A stretch of DNA of 63,806 nucleotides, the filler included, from Octopus bimaculoides (Eukaryota), in the NCBI RefSeq assembly GCF_001194135.2. It is 5 parts of 5 records of this genome, joined end to end, with 100 filler letters (N's around TTAATTAATTAA, not from the genome) between each part and the next. Parts side by side here need not be neighbours in the genome. Positions count along the whole stretch, not along the records: positions 1 to 23,108 come from NC_068995.1; 4 more parts are not named here. One strand, 5' to 3'. The notes beneath the pieces are model-generated. The model was not told the origin of the DNA. It ran no database searches and was given only the letters and a program-made list of their open reading frames with translations. The position numbers and the translations under genes are program-made. Shown here in pieces: positions 1-12,932 of the stretch. Positions within the stretch are counted from its first letter, which is position 1. Every line of letters begins with the position of its first letter.

Positions 1-480
1 AGAGAGAGAGAAAGAGAGATAGATAGATACATACATACATACATATATACATATATACATACATATATACCTACATACATATGTATATATAGATACACAC
101 ACACACACATATATATGCACACATATAGATATATATACATATATATGTATGAATGTATACATGTATGTGCGTATGTATGTATATATATATATATTTATAT
201 ATATAACAGACTTTATATATATATATATATCATATATGTCCTATGTCATATATTTTATATAGATATATGTATATATATATTATATATGTGTGTATACATC
301 ACTTCAAACAATCTATACATATATCTATATATCTGTGTATGTATGTTTGTGTGTGTATGTGTGCGTATATATCATCGAAGATGACAGTTAATTGATTCCG
401 ACCAAGATATATACAAGAGAAAGGGAGAGTGTAGCACACACACACGCATACATGCACATACACACACATATATGCGCTCG

Positions 481-560
<80 letters not shown>

Positions 561-640
561 CAATGTATACACATATAAATGCGTACTTATATAAATACCT
601 CCCTCTCTTTCTCTCTCTCTCTCTTTATATATATATCAGT
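1..640. repeat. Compound microsatellite (AG, TACA, AT, TG)
   Basis: Directly visible di- and tetranucleotide runs; they explain the overlapping YI/HT/CV ORFs. Confidence 0.95.
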
Positions 641-1467
641 GTTTAAACGTGCGACCATACACACAGAAAAATTACTGACACACATGACAGACAAACAGAC
701 AGACAGGTAGGCAGACAGACAGAACAGGCAGGCAGGCATGCAGAGTGAGAGAGGAGAGAGAAGAATCTGTATTATATTGAATTAATAGGTTCCTTCCCCC
801 CAATCAGCACCACACTACAATACCAATTACTCTATCCTAACTATCGATACCTCTTTCTCCCCAACACTTGTGATTATGTGTTCAGCTTAGTATTGTGTAC
901 TTGGTACTCTCAGGTAGAAATGAAATACTTCTAATTTTTAACTTGTAAACGTAGCCATCTAGTAAAATCTCATTGGACATTTGAGGTGTTTTTCTGTGTG
1001 CAATTTTGCACATGTAACAAGTAACTTCCTCTGGTATTGTAATTAAGAAGGTCGTTTAGAAATTGCGTCGTTCCAGTTTCAATCCGTTACATAGCGCTTC
1101 ATCTAGGGCTTCTAGATATGTGTCCTTTATTCGAGTCGATCAAATTCTTCTGAGTGAAATAGAAGAGATGGAAACTGTGGTAAAGACCATCGTTTTGATT
1201 TGTAATGCGCTAGTTTGGATTGGTATATCCAGCAGAAGGAAACAAGGAAACCACCACTTGAACCCTCGTATGCAGTTACCAGGGTCCACTCTGTTACATT
1301 TAGTCCAAGTCTAACAGCACCAGGCGACCATTGAGTGTTTTCCTAGAGTCCGTTTTGTTGTAATGCATCAGACAAAGTCTCTGGTTTCAGAATTTCGAAA
1401 TCTCCATCCACCATTACCATGTCCCATCTCAAACGCCTTGAAGACCTTTACATAATCACTTGATCTG

Positions 1468-1670
1468 GTAGAAATAACAGCCAAATTTCCTCCAAATCAC
1501 GCGCTTTCGTCTTAATTAGCGAAAGATCATATTAGATAATGTCGTCCTTCTAACCTCTAAAAAGACAGGATGGTCATGGCTTCAACACCTTTGACCATAA
1601 TTCTACTCGACTGGGTTGAACTGTGGCCAAGCAGTGGCAACCACAACAGCAACAGCAACAACAACAACAA
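1468..1670 (+). mobile_element. Degenerate short interspersed repeat with (AAC)n tail; related copies near 1710-1850, 35440-35645 and 59875-60000
   Basis: Shared motifs TAGAAA(T/C)A(A/G)CAGCCA and GATGGTCATGGCT recur at several loci; this copy ends in CAA repeats. Confidence 0.5.
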
Positions 1671-2869
1671 CAATGAATTAGCATTTATTTTCGATCATTC
1701 AACCTGTTAAAAATAACGGCCAATTTTTCATTTAAGGAAAATACTCAGATAATGTAGTCCACCAATCACCCTAAAAGGACAAGATGGTTACGAACAGAAA
1801 GCCTTTGCTTACACGTCAGTTTAGTACAGGGTTGTCTGAGCCGGGACCAAACAAGCTTGCTAAAAGTTTATGTCCTTCGTTGTTTTAATAAACCATAAAA
1901 ACATGATCTGGAACTTATTCATATCAACTGAGTGAAGTGCATTATAAGGTGAAATGCACTTTATAAAAATGTTTAATTCATTTCATGTATTGGGAACAAG
2001 AAACATAAAAGCTTGTTCACTATCGTTGTTGTTACTTTGTTTTTGGTGGTTCTGATGTAGTAGACCTATCCTTTAAAGGCGTTCCAGCTGTGATTATACT
2101 GGTTTTCTTTATTTTTTTTTATTTCTCAGTATCGTCTGTAACCACAAACTATCTTAGAGTTTTTAAGATTATGACAGTAGAGTCTCCTTCCTGTCTTTTC
2201 TGACAGAGCAGAGTCGGTGAGCAGACTCTCGCGGGTCTCCCATAGCACAGCGTAAATAATTCTGAGCAAGTGAGAGAGATATGGGGCAGAGAGAAGAAGA
2301 ACGACGGCGACAGGAGGAGGAGGAGGAGATGATTTCAATATTTGACTGGTACTTCTTTCATGAAGCCCGAAGTGATGCAAATTAAAGTTGACCAATTTGA
2401 ACTCAGTGAACCGGAACGCCTAATACAATCCTTCCCCTCCGGCGCCATGACAACTCAACCAATTCGTTGCCTCCCACTGTATGTAGAACCCTCTCCTAAT
2501 GGGTTTTTAAGACGGAAGGAGGAGATTTGAGAGAGATATGGCTGCCATTTCTGGGGCTGACCACATAGGGACTGCTTCGTTTGCTCGATTTCAACATGTT
2601 TTATGTTGCTATTTAACCCTAGGTTAGGTCTCTTACATTTCGGACTCTATTGTCCAATGTAAGTGCTCTATTGTTCAAAACGGTATGGTTTGATGTGATG
2701 GAGATCGACGGAGAATTAGCTACTATGTCTAGCAGGTCGATTGATCATGCAGAGGCACACTTTGTTTGCTCAATCTCAACAACGTATAAGGAAAATCACC
2801 AATTAATTGTTAATTGTTTCAAGATTTTCTTTCTTTCTTAGACTTGTAAATGTGAGGAACCATCAACGC

Positions 2870-3600
2870 CATCATCGTCATCATCATCATCATCATCATC
2901 ATCATCACTACTATCATCATCATCATTATTGCCATCATGATCATCATCATTATCATCATCATCATTGCCATCATCATCATCATTATTGCCATCATCATCA
3001 TCATCACTATTTACATTAATATCCTCTCACTCTCCTCTTCCTTCACTCTTTCTTCTGTCCTGCTCGTCATCATCGTTATCGAGGTCGTCGTCCTAGTCGT
3101 CCTAGTCGTCCTCCTCCTTGCCCTCTTTCTCCTCCCACTTTTACTTTCTTTCTATTCAAAAACAACTAAATGCGTTAATCACGCAGCCGATATCTAATAA
3201 AATGTCTTCATCTCAATAATTCTGCAAGAGTGCAAATCCATAACTAGAATGGGAAAATGGAAATGTTCAACCATTTAAACTACTCTTTGTGTTAAGTCAT
3301 TTTCAAACGAGAAAATGTCCATGGTGAGGAGGTGGAGGAGAAGGAGGAGGAGGATTTCGGTATTGGTGATGATGATGATGATGCTGATGATGATGGCGAT
3401 ATTGTTGCGAATGGCAACGACATTAAGAATGGCCTGGAAAATGGTGTGGTTACTACTACTACTACTACTACTACTGGCACTACGACTAATACTACTACTG
3501 CTGCTGTTCTTGCTGCTACTACTACTGCTACTACTACTACTACTACTACTGGCACTACGATCAATGCTACTACCACCACCACCACTACTGCTAATTGTTA
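2870..3600. repeat. (CAT)n, (GAT)n and (ACT)n trinucleotide tracts
   Basis: Visible triplet runs that produce the poly-H/M/I/D/T ORFs. Confidence 0.9.
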
Positions 3601-3657
3601 GAAATTATTAATGAATATATATTATGTTAATATTCCTCTTTATTTTTCATTTTAATT

Positions 3658-3835
3658 GTGTCAGTCATTTGACTGCGGTCATGCTGGGGCACTGCCTTGA
3701 AGAATTTTAGTCGAACAAATCTTATGATCTTTATCATTTTTTAATTTTAATTTTATTTTATTCTATTTTATTTATTTATTATTTTTTTTTTTTTTTGTAA
3801 AACCTCGTACTTATTCTATCAGCTCTTTTGCCACA
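3658..3835 (-). mobile_element. 3' part of SINE family A
   Basis: TCAGTCATTTGACTGCGGTCATGCTGG is the reverse complement of the 3' end of the full copy at 24890-25331. Confidence 0.7.
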
Positions 3836-4614
3836 CAATCACGCCTTTTTACACTTCTATTGATTTCAAGCGATTGTACTACGTCCATGCTGGAGCACAC
3901 CTTCATTGACTTTAATCGATCGGATCGATTTCAGACCTTGTTATATTTCTCAAACCGTAAACTTTACGGATCGCATAGTGAATCAGCCTAAAAATCCACA
4001 GCTATTAACCAGTGTAAACATAAACATACATATGCATACATTTCAGTCTTTACTCACAGAAGCACCGGTCGCCATAGCGTTACAATGAAGACACTTGCTC
4101 AAGGTGCTGGATCATGGAACTAACTTGTGACCGTGTCATTGCCAAGCGACCTTTTTAACGCTACTCAATAGCTGCTGGAATGGGAAAAAATATTAATTCC
4201 CCAAAACAAAAACACCAGAGACCCACTCACCAAAAGAAGTCAACTACAGGCCTGTAATATGTTTCCCACAACATTTTATACTCGACTAGAAGCTAGTTAT
4301 TCAACTGAAGAGGAACATCAGTATTACCAGTGAACGAGAAAGGATCAAGAATGAGACGTACGACTGTATAGAGCAGCGAGCAATGTTGTAGATGACAGTA
4401 AAAAGAGGAAAACAAATCTTTGCATATTATAATGGACATTGGAGTGATTTCACATAGATAAAACAGCACCACTATTAAAACTATACAAGAAATGATGAGT
4501 AAAAACCAACCATACCAATAAGAGGAGCATTTCAAGGCGACTCATTAAATTTGACTCCATTAACAAACTTGTTGTCTGAAACTTCTAAGTGATACAGATG
4601 CGATGACAAAACTA

Positions 4615-4836
4615 CAAGGGAGTGCTGAAAAGTTCATGGCCTTGGGTAAAAGGAAATACTGGAGGATCAGTTAATTATGATTTTATTCAACATGTATCCT
4701 CCTCTCAGATTCACACATTTGTTGTCGCTGGCCCTTCAGTTTTTCTAAGCCCTGTAAAAGAACTCGGTAGGTTGGGCCTCCAATCAGGCTTTTTTGCGAA
4801 ACCTTTAAGACCAAGAACTTTTCAGCACCTCCCACA
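4615..4836. mobile_element. Mariner-type MITE (~220 bp)
   Basis: Left end TA|CAAGGGAGTGCTGAAAAGTTC and right end GAACTTTTCAGCACCTCCC form inverted termini; no coding capacity. Confidence 0.7.
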
Positions 4837-4939
4837 CACACACCTCGTATACATCATTCTGTCTATACGAATAACCAAAACATATTTACTAGGGTCAATA
4901 TCTAGCGGGAAATCTAACTAAAATTGTTCACAAATGCAG

Positions 4940-5732
4940 CGAAGACATGGAATCGAGCAAACATTCGATGCCCATTGCATGAAGAAGGAGTTAACAAAAA
5001 CTGAGAGGTTTAAATTGGAGTATTCCACCAGGATTTTGATAATCAATGTAAATGTGCTAACTAGCTTAGTTATACACAACAGTTTCAAGATATTTCAATG
5101 GAAATGAAGGAAATTCAAGATCTTAGATAGGAAAAACAGCAATAAACTACTAATAGATTTCTAAAGCTACCACCTAAAAGCTAATGTACACAGAATATAC
5201 CTATCCAGCACATTGGAGGGTGAGGTCTGACACAAATAGAAAACTGCAACAAAATAGCGATAGCGGGTCTTGAGAATACTAAGAAATAAGAAAAGGCAAA
5301 TTGGCTGATGCAATAGGAAAACATGAAAACAAAGAGACTGTTTTTTTATTCTTTATAAAGAAGTAATAAAGTGCAAAGTGGAAAGTACGCTGGTGAAACA
5401 AAAAATTAAATGAGGACAAAAGAACAGAAAAAGGCAAGACAAAATCAAGAGATTCTCAAGAAAAATCGAAAGAAAAAAAAACGCCCATGGTTAATGCAAG
5501 GAAAGACTGAACAGGGAGGAAGTAAACCAGACCGAAAGCCATCAATGGAGTAGAAACAATAAGCCTGATTTTAACCGTACAGATTCACAATCTGCTCACA
5601 AATAATTACAAAAATATAATAATGAAAGCAAATGGTTACTTGAAGTAGACAAAACAATTAGTATAATGAAACAACCATGTCATTATTCAAGTTTCATAGT
5701 TGTTACAAAGTTTGAGTTTACTCAACCAATTG

Positions 5733-5821
<89 letters not shown>

Positions 5822-6345
5822 TACTCTCTCACTCTCACACACACATACACACTCTTTCTGTCTCTCTCTCACACACACACACTGACATATGCAAGCACTC
5901 AATGCGACAGGCGTATTAACATCTTCAGTTCTTATATAACAAAAAATATAAATGTATATAAACATCAACCAAACATAGTATATAGCAAATGGTCACAGTC
6001 GTCTGTAATATTCCAGCTCAGACTGGCAAAGAGATCAAGGCTGACCATCCAGATATTATTACCAAGGGCATGCACAAAAATGCTTATACTCTGATCAAAA
6101 CATTTCCTTGAAGAAAGTGGAGAAACTGCTAAATTACAAGGATCTAAAACTAATATATGCAGGACCTGATGTTTGGATGTTTAAACAGCACTAATAAAAA
6201 TCGGAGCACTAACTCTGATATACAAATACGAACAAATACACAGAAACTATTCCAAGGTTTAACAGTGTTACACATAATAATCCAAGATATAACCCTATTA
6301 GACACATCCCCCATCCTACACAAGATATTTTCAATTGAAATACAC
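4940..6345 (+). pseudogene. Highly degraded R4/Dong-like non-LTR ORF 3' half, interrupted by microsatellites
   Basis: Hand translation gives HLKANVHRIYL...GLTQIEN (post-RT motif), KEIKADHPDII (REL PD motif), KKVEKLLNYKDL and IQDITLLDTSPILHKIFSI, matching the better-preserved copies in this window. Confidence 0.6.
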
Positions 6346-7576
6346 GGCTCAAACAGTATCATCTCAGTACACAACACATACCTTATACAATAACCATAAA
6401 AGAAAATAATACAATTTATTCAAGATATACTCTACAAAGCAAAATAATACAACATATTCTCCATACAATCACCACCTGACACAAAAAAGGCAAAAATAAA
6501 AACAACTGAAACAACAAACACATCGTACGAAAAAGCAAAACTGATTTAAGAACTGATGTAAGCCATCCAAAGAATTAACATGGCTGGTCTATTATTTTCA
6601 CTGGGAATGTTTTTTTATAAAAAAAGAAAGGGACAAGTTTTACTATTGGTTTTGAGCCATTTTGAAAAGCAAGAAGTAAAGTGAACGACACAAGAAAGAT
6701 ATAGAAAACATAGAAAACTTCGAAAACCAGATAAAAGAGATAAGAAAAACAAAACAGATATAAAAACCCATCTGATGCTGCATCTTAATGTATTCATTAC
6801 TATTGTCTCTTTGGTCTACTTTTTACAAGTTTTTCTTTTATTCTTTATTTTATTTCATTCTTTTTCTATCCGGAATTTCTTTCTACCATTCATTTCTTTC
6901 TTTCATTTTTATTTTTCCTTTTCTTCCACTCGTTGTTTTTGGCTCTTACATTTTTCGTTCCCTCCTTTTCTTGTTCTTCCTCTGTTTTTCTTCCATTCGC
7001 CAACCAATCATTCTTTACTAAATGCACTCAATGGATTCTGATTGTGATGGTGCTAGTAGTGAAAGAAGTGATGGCACTGGTGGTGGTGGTGGCACTGGTG
7101 GTGGCGGTGGCACTGGTGGTGGTAGTGGTGGTGGTGGTGGTTTTCAGGAAAAAATAGGTGATATACATTTCTACACATGTAGCAGCCAATACAAAGGTAA
7201 CACAACATAGGTAACTATGTGAGTGCGCGAGCGCGTTTTGAAGACGTGTACTCTAGTGGTTTGGATGTTGGTCTCACGATAATAAGATTATAGATTCGAT
7301 ACCTGGGCCGGCGGCACATTGTGACATTTCGTATTTTTCCAACCTCCACTGCTGAAGTGAGCATCAGACCACTACTTGTGCAACTCCTTTCTCTCGTATA
7401 GATACATACTGGATGCTCCACTGAGTCAAGATGCAAACAGAAAAGAATAAACCTGCACCGAGGAACGAAAAAGAATAGAATTATTGAGTTATGGCAGTCA
7501 GGCCTAGTGATCGCTGTGGCCTGAAACTCGAGTTGTGAGAAAGAAATTCAGTTTAAATAACATGCTTGGGTATGTG

Positions 7577-7678
<102 letters not shown>

Positions 7679-8386
7679 TATGTGTGTGTGTGCGCGCGCA
7701 CACTAGAAGATCCCGAGTGGCATATGCATGACTTGGAAACAAAACAACAATTCGGGTTTGATAGGTACGAGGTACTTGATTCCAAGCCGATGCCTGTAGC
7801 TTTCCTGTTGCACTTTGCTCAAAAAATCCTGAAAGTTGCAGATAACACAAACTGAGATACGAATTATGTTAGGGGATTTCACGAGCAAAAATTGCCTAGA
7901 TTAGGTGGCTTTCTCAGTGAACTTCACGTATATTTGCCAAATTTGGTAAACTGTTACTGCAACTTAAACAGAACAGGAAAATTCTGTTTTCTGAGTCAGG
8001 AATTGGAAGCACTGCGGAGGAAGGATTCGAAGAGATGTAGACAGTACTGGTAAGTTTAACCCATAAATGTTGAGCAGATGAGCGTAGTTTAATCGATATG
8101 CTAGTAATTTTTGGTTATTAGCCGAGGAATCCACAAGTTCCATCGCATGCATAATGGTGTCGGACAGCACAGAAGGGAAGTTGGTTGGCACTTTTCTCAT
8201 GGAATACGAATAGCAACAAAATTTAATCCAAGAAAGATGAGCTATTTCTATGAAACATGCCTCTCTTGATGTTAACACTCGCCAAAAATTTTCCACTTAA
8301 AGTTAACTTTGTATTCCAGTTCTTCATTGATCACCTAATAAAATTTAATGTTATCAGCCATCTGTACCAGTTCAAGACTTTCTAAA

Positions 8387-8428
<42 letters not shown>

Positions 8429-8912
8429 GAGTGAGAGAGTCGCGCACACCATCGAAGTGACACTGGGGTACAAATATACGAAGCCCAATATACTCATGAT
8501 GACTACCTGTCTGATAAGGGTACACCAGGAACATGCATCACAACCATATGTGCGCAGCATGGTGATCCCATATGAAGATAAACAGCGGATGACCTTGCAG
8601 GTGGGGCGCAGTTAGAATTTTCTTCAGGCCCAGCCCATTCAAAAGGTCCTTGAATCAGAGCTGCTTAAGGATGTTGAATGACACACCTATGTTTCCAGAA
8701 GTGTATTATTCAAATCCCAAAGAATTCCTCTCAACACATGGCTATGATGCTCCCCCACTACATCTACTCGTGATCAGAGATGCACCTATCGTCAGCCACC
8801 AAGGGACATGCTCAACTGGTTACGGTCAAGCAACTGATAAGCAAATTTGTGGTATGGAGCAGAATATTTGGTGTAGCTCATCTTTAAAACCAAGACAACA
8901 CATTTACATGAT
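8429..8912 (-). mobile_element. ~560-bp non-coding (TAA)n-embedded element, copy 1, 3' portion (split by Gypsy)
   Basis: Colinear with 17364-17920; preceded on + by (TTA)n at 8388-8428; the missing remainder is at 12459-12523. Confidence 0.9.
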
Positions 8913-9192
8913 TGCTATAATGTGGATCCCCGTCCACTTGTATATCATTGTCGGCACTTGTAATATTCTGTCACCATTCTTATGTTGGGGCGGTATTCCA
9001 CGTCTTATTATCTTTCACTCATCTACCGTGCTATCACTGATAGCTCTGCAAGAAAATGAATTTGAAACGTCTACCTTGACGGTACCTCGAACTCGTATCT
9101 ATCATGTAACTGACAGACTCCAACTGAAAATTCCTACAACAACTGACCTCGGTTAATCACGTAGGAAGGGGAGTACCATTTTCACTACAACA
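8913..9192 (-). repeat. 3' LTR of Gypsy element
   Basis: TG...CA termini, adjacent PPT, aligns with 12164-12458. Confidence 0.88.
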
Positions 9193-9364
9193 TCTCCCCT
9201 GTTTGTTTTTGTTTTTGTTTTTGTTTTGTTTTTTGCTTTTTTGAGTGGGAAGCAAGTAATTTTATTTTACTCTATTTACGCCGCCTCCCTTTTTAGCGCT
9301 TCTTTTTGTCTTCCAACTTAATATTTTTTTTCTTTCTGGAGTCTATTTGTAGAAACTCTGTGTT

Positions 9365-10200
9365 CTACCTTTTTATTCCACTTGTACGCGTGGGTTCAAA
9401 CACCTGAAACGGTATTAGTACCTGGAATGTATCATACAACCATTCCATAGGTTCTTCTAATCTGTCTGGTCCATTTTCTATGAATCTCTTCTTCAATTGG
9501 TTTCTGTATCTTTTTTCAGTACCTTTCCTGCTTTTAATTCCGTGCATCATTTTTCCTCTGTACTTTGTAATTTCCCCTTCTTTGTAGTACTGTTTTCCGT
9601 TTTTATACGACCTCATGTATACCTCATCACCAATTTTGAAAAATTTTAGATTGTCTTTCCTGGTACTTTTTCTTTCTTTGCCAGGTAACAGTTTATCAAA
9701 AACTGATTTCACCTTCCTCGTGCACATCAGTTCTGTTGGTGAGTTTCCTGCAGGTGAATTGGGGTTCAGTGTCACCCTGAATACCCTTAGGAATTGCTGC
9801 AGAGTGACTTTGTCTGTGGCTTTCTTGTTTGCTTTTCTCAAAGCTCTTTTAAAAGTATCCACAAAACGTTCTGCCTGTCCATTTGATCTGGGGTGGTAAG
9901 TCGCTAACGTTTTATGTTTTACCGTGAACATTTCGCAGAATTTTCTAAATTCACTGGACACAAACTGTGTTCCGTTATCAGACACAATCACGTAAGGGAT
10001 GCCAAATCTTGCGAATAATTCGTGCAAAATATTTATTACCGTTTTGGAGGTTTGTCTTTTACACTTAACAATTTCCGGCTGTTTTATAAAACTATCAACT
10101 ACTACTATGTAGTGATAACCATTTAACGGACCCGAAAAATCAATCTAGTCTTGACCATGGACTTTTTACTTCTGGCCAGGGCTCCCATATTTTAGTAAGC
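9365..10200 (-). pseudogene. pol: Gypsy integrase core remnant
   Basis: FARFGIPYVIVSDNGTQF...YHPRSNGQAERFVDTFKRAL (second D and E of the DDE triad) in ORF 9365-10027. Confidence 0.92.
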
Positions 10201-10226
10201 AATTTCGCCGCCAAAGCACAACCTCT

Positions 10227-11280
10227 TCAGCCTTTCACTACGTTTGCAACTTCCTTGTCCATCTTCGGCCAATACACATAACTGCCCATAAACGCTTTCA
10301 TCCTTGCAATCCCCGGATGTCTAATGTGGAATGCTTTCAACATTCTTTTTTTTTGTAAAGTCTCAGGTATCACTACCCTTTGATCATTCATCAGTACGCC
10401 GTCGCATGCTGAATATATGCTTACCTGTTGCTGCTTTTTCTTACCGAACCTATTTTTGTCATCTTTAGCAGACCACAGGATTTTTTTTTTTTTATTAATG
10501 AACTTATCTTTTGGCTCGTATCGCTTTATCTCCTCCAAAGTTATTGGTAACTCTTGTACAATGTTCCACATTATGTGTTTAATTTCCCCTTCGGCTCTTA
10601 GGGCTGCTATTACTGTGTCCTCGAATGGTTCGCCATTTCTGGGTATTAACCGGGATAGGCCGTCAGCATGTCCTAGCTTTTTCGAAGGTAAATATTCCAT
10701 TGCGTAGTTGTAGCTTAGTAGAACGGTACCCCATCGCTGCAACCTATTTGCTGTATGTACTGAGATTCCTGTCTTGGATCCATAAATCGTTAGCAACGGA
10801 CCTCTTTTTCAACTTGGTTATAATTTATTTCCGCTGGCAATAGCGTCTTTGATGCGTCGGCTATGGCCTTTGGGTTGCCATCTTCACATTTGTGTAGGAG
10901 TACGGCACCTACCCCGTACTCACTAGCATCTGTTGCCCGTTTCGTTTCCAAATTCGGATCGAAGTGTGTAAGCGACAAGTCTGAAATTAACATCCTTTTT
11001 AGTTCCTCAAATGCCTTCTGGCATTTTTCTGGCCAAAGCCATTTAGCATCTTTTTCCAACAGCTCGTTCAGTGGAGCCCTTGTGTTGTGTATGTTTAGGA
11101 TATATACTTGATAGTAGTTTACCAAGCCTAAAAATGCTTGTAACAATTTGACGTTCGTTGGGGGAGGTATATTCCGTATTGCCATCGCCCTTGATGGGTT
11201 TAGCCTGCGTCCCCTTTCGTCAATTACTTGACCAAAATGTTTGATATTTTTCATCAAAAATTCACACTTTTCGTCTCTGG
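10227..11280 (-). pseudogene. pol: Gypsy RT C-terminus, RNase H and integrase Zn-binding remnants (frameshifted)
   Basis: ATDASEYGVGAVL...YNQVEKE, NRLQRWGTVLLSYNYAMEY...HADGLSRL, and HIRHPGIARMK...YWPKMD. Confidence 0.9.
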
Positions 11281-11299
11281 ATTTCTTCTGTGTCGTGCC

Positions 11300-12050
11300 T
11301 TACTTTTAATATCCTATCGCACTCTTCTGATAGTTTCTGGAGAGTTATATACTGGTTCGTTTCCAGCTTTGTGAGAATTTTCGTTCTGACTTCTGTGTTC
11401 TCTGAGCAAAAATCAAGCACACGAACCAGTCTGGAGTTAGTTTATCCAGTTTAAATATCTCACACTCTCTTTTCACTCTACCCGCATATGTGGTAAAGTG
11501 TTTGTCATCTCCTTTATCAGTGTTCAAACACTTCCAACGTGTGTTAAATAACGATGTTTTTTCACTGAACATCTTACATAAAATGTCAAATGTGTCTCCG
11601 TGAAATTTATGTCAGAAACTGTTTTAGACAATATAAAGTTACAGTATTTCTCATGCTCTATCATCGCTAGTTTCCTCCGAATTAGACGCTTTTTCACTTC
11701 ATTCATCCAATTTTGGCATCCATTTTCGAAACTTTGTTCAAATTTTTGGTAATATGCCTCGAACGTGACTCCTTCTTCCGGATCATATTTAAATTCATTA
11801 ATTGAAATTGCTACATGGTCTGGTGAAAATGTATTTTCTCGTTTTTTTTTTTTCTTTTTTTACCAACTTCATTAGTTGTAGCGTTTCTTGCTGCAACATT
11901 TGTTGTTGTTCTTGTTGTTCTTTGAGTTGTGCTTGTTGCTGTTTTTGGAACTCAATTAGACCCTCTAACAAGTTTGCTATAATTTTACGGATTTTTTGTA
12001 AAATTTGTACAACAAAAATGTTTGTTACTCCTCTGTCGAGTTTTTAATTT
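11300..12050 (-). pseudogene. gag: Gypsy gag remnant
   Basis: Lies between the 5' LTR/PBS and pol; peptides RRKLAMIEHEKYCNFIL and LFNTRWKCLN...FTTYAGRVKRECEIF resemble Gypsy gag. Confidence 0.65.
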
Positions 12051-12163
12051 CTCCACGCGAAAAATTTTTCAACGTCGTCCACGTGAATTTTTTTTTATTT
12101 TCACGTGCAAAAAGAATTTGTTTCAACGTTGTCCGCGTGAATTGTTTATATCCTCGTCGCCTC

Positions 12164-12458
12164 TATTATAATGTGGATCCTCATCCACTTGTATGTTATT
12201 GTCAGCACTGTAATAGTCTTGTCGCCACTATTATGTTGGGGCGGTATTCCGCGTCTTATTATCTTTGACTCCTCTATCGTGCTGTCGCTGACAGCTCCGC
12301 AAGACAATGACTTTGAAATGTCTACCTTGACGGTAACTGGAGCTCGTATATATCACGTACCTGACACTGACTCCAACTGAGAATTCCTACGACGACTGAC
12401 TGTCTGAATTTATAGTGGCATTGTCACGTGGGAAGAGGAGTACATTTTCACTACAACA
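12164..12458 (-). repeat. 5' LTR of Gypsy element
   Basis: Aligns with 8913-9192 and is followed on - by the PBS-like motif. Confidence 0.88.
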
Positions 12459-12523
12459 AAAGCACTTCCAATCAGTTAAGATCAGAAGCCATGAGAATCA
12501 GTGCCTGGTATTGCATCAGGACA
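12459..12523 (-). mobile_element. ~560-bp element copy 1, 5' remainder
   Basis: CACTTCCAATCAGTTAAGATCAGAAGCCATGAG...GCATCAGGACA matches 17858-17920 and continues from 8912. Confidence 0.88.
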
Positions 12524-12559
12524 ATTATAATTATCATTATTACTATTATTATTATTATT

Positions 12560-12676
12560 GTTCAGTAGTTTTGTTTTTATAACGTGCTTTCACTTCACTA
12601 CCGAGCGCAGCTCTGTGTGCCTTGGGTATGTGCTGTGGTTTGCTGTGATGCTCTTATGGTTACTGTATTGAAAGTG

Positions 12677-12679
<3 letters not shown>
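12560..12679 (-). mobile_element. 3' UTR-only insertion of R4/Dong-like family 1
   Basis: Reverse complement of the 3' end of the element at 31550-32208; flanked by (ATT)n on both sides. Confidence 0.85.
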
Positions 12680-12707
<28 letters not shown>

Positions 12708-12932
12708 NNNNNNNNNNNNNNNNNNNNNNNNNNNNNNNNNNNNNNNNNNNNNNNNNNNNNNNNNNNNNNNNNNNNNNNNNNNNNNNNNNNNNNNNNNNNN
12801 NNNNNNNNNNNNNNNNNNNNNNNNNNNNNNNNNNNNNNNNNNNNNNNNNNNNNNNNNNNNNNNNNNNNNNNNNNNNNNNNNNNNNNNNNNNNNNNNNNNN
12901 NNNNNNNNNNNNNNNNNNNNNNNNNNNNNNNN

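Larger units (their letters stand above)
8913..12458 (-). mobile_element. Ty3/Gypsy LTR retrotransposon, decayed and internally deleted (Mag/K02A2.6-like by motifs)
   Basis: Two similar LTRs (8913-9192, 12164-12458) beginning TGTTGTAGTGAA on -; PBS-like GAGGCGACGAGGAT (12150-12163); PPT AGGGGAGA (9193-9200); gag, RT-end, RNase H and integrase remnants in Gypsy order. Confidence 0.93.

Noticed and set aside
2130-2530. Possible host exon after a strong polypyrimidine-AG acceptor at 2129
   Set aside because: All three frames stop within about 75 nt, and no recognisable protein or clear donor is present.
7690-8360. Unique, coding-looking stretch with a GTAAGT donor near 8050
   Set aside because: No frame gave a recognisable motif, and short ORFs on both strands are consistent with chance or an unrecognised old repeat.
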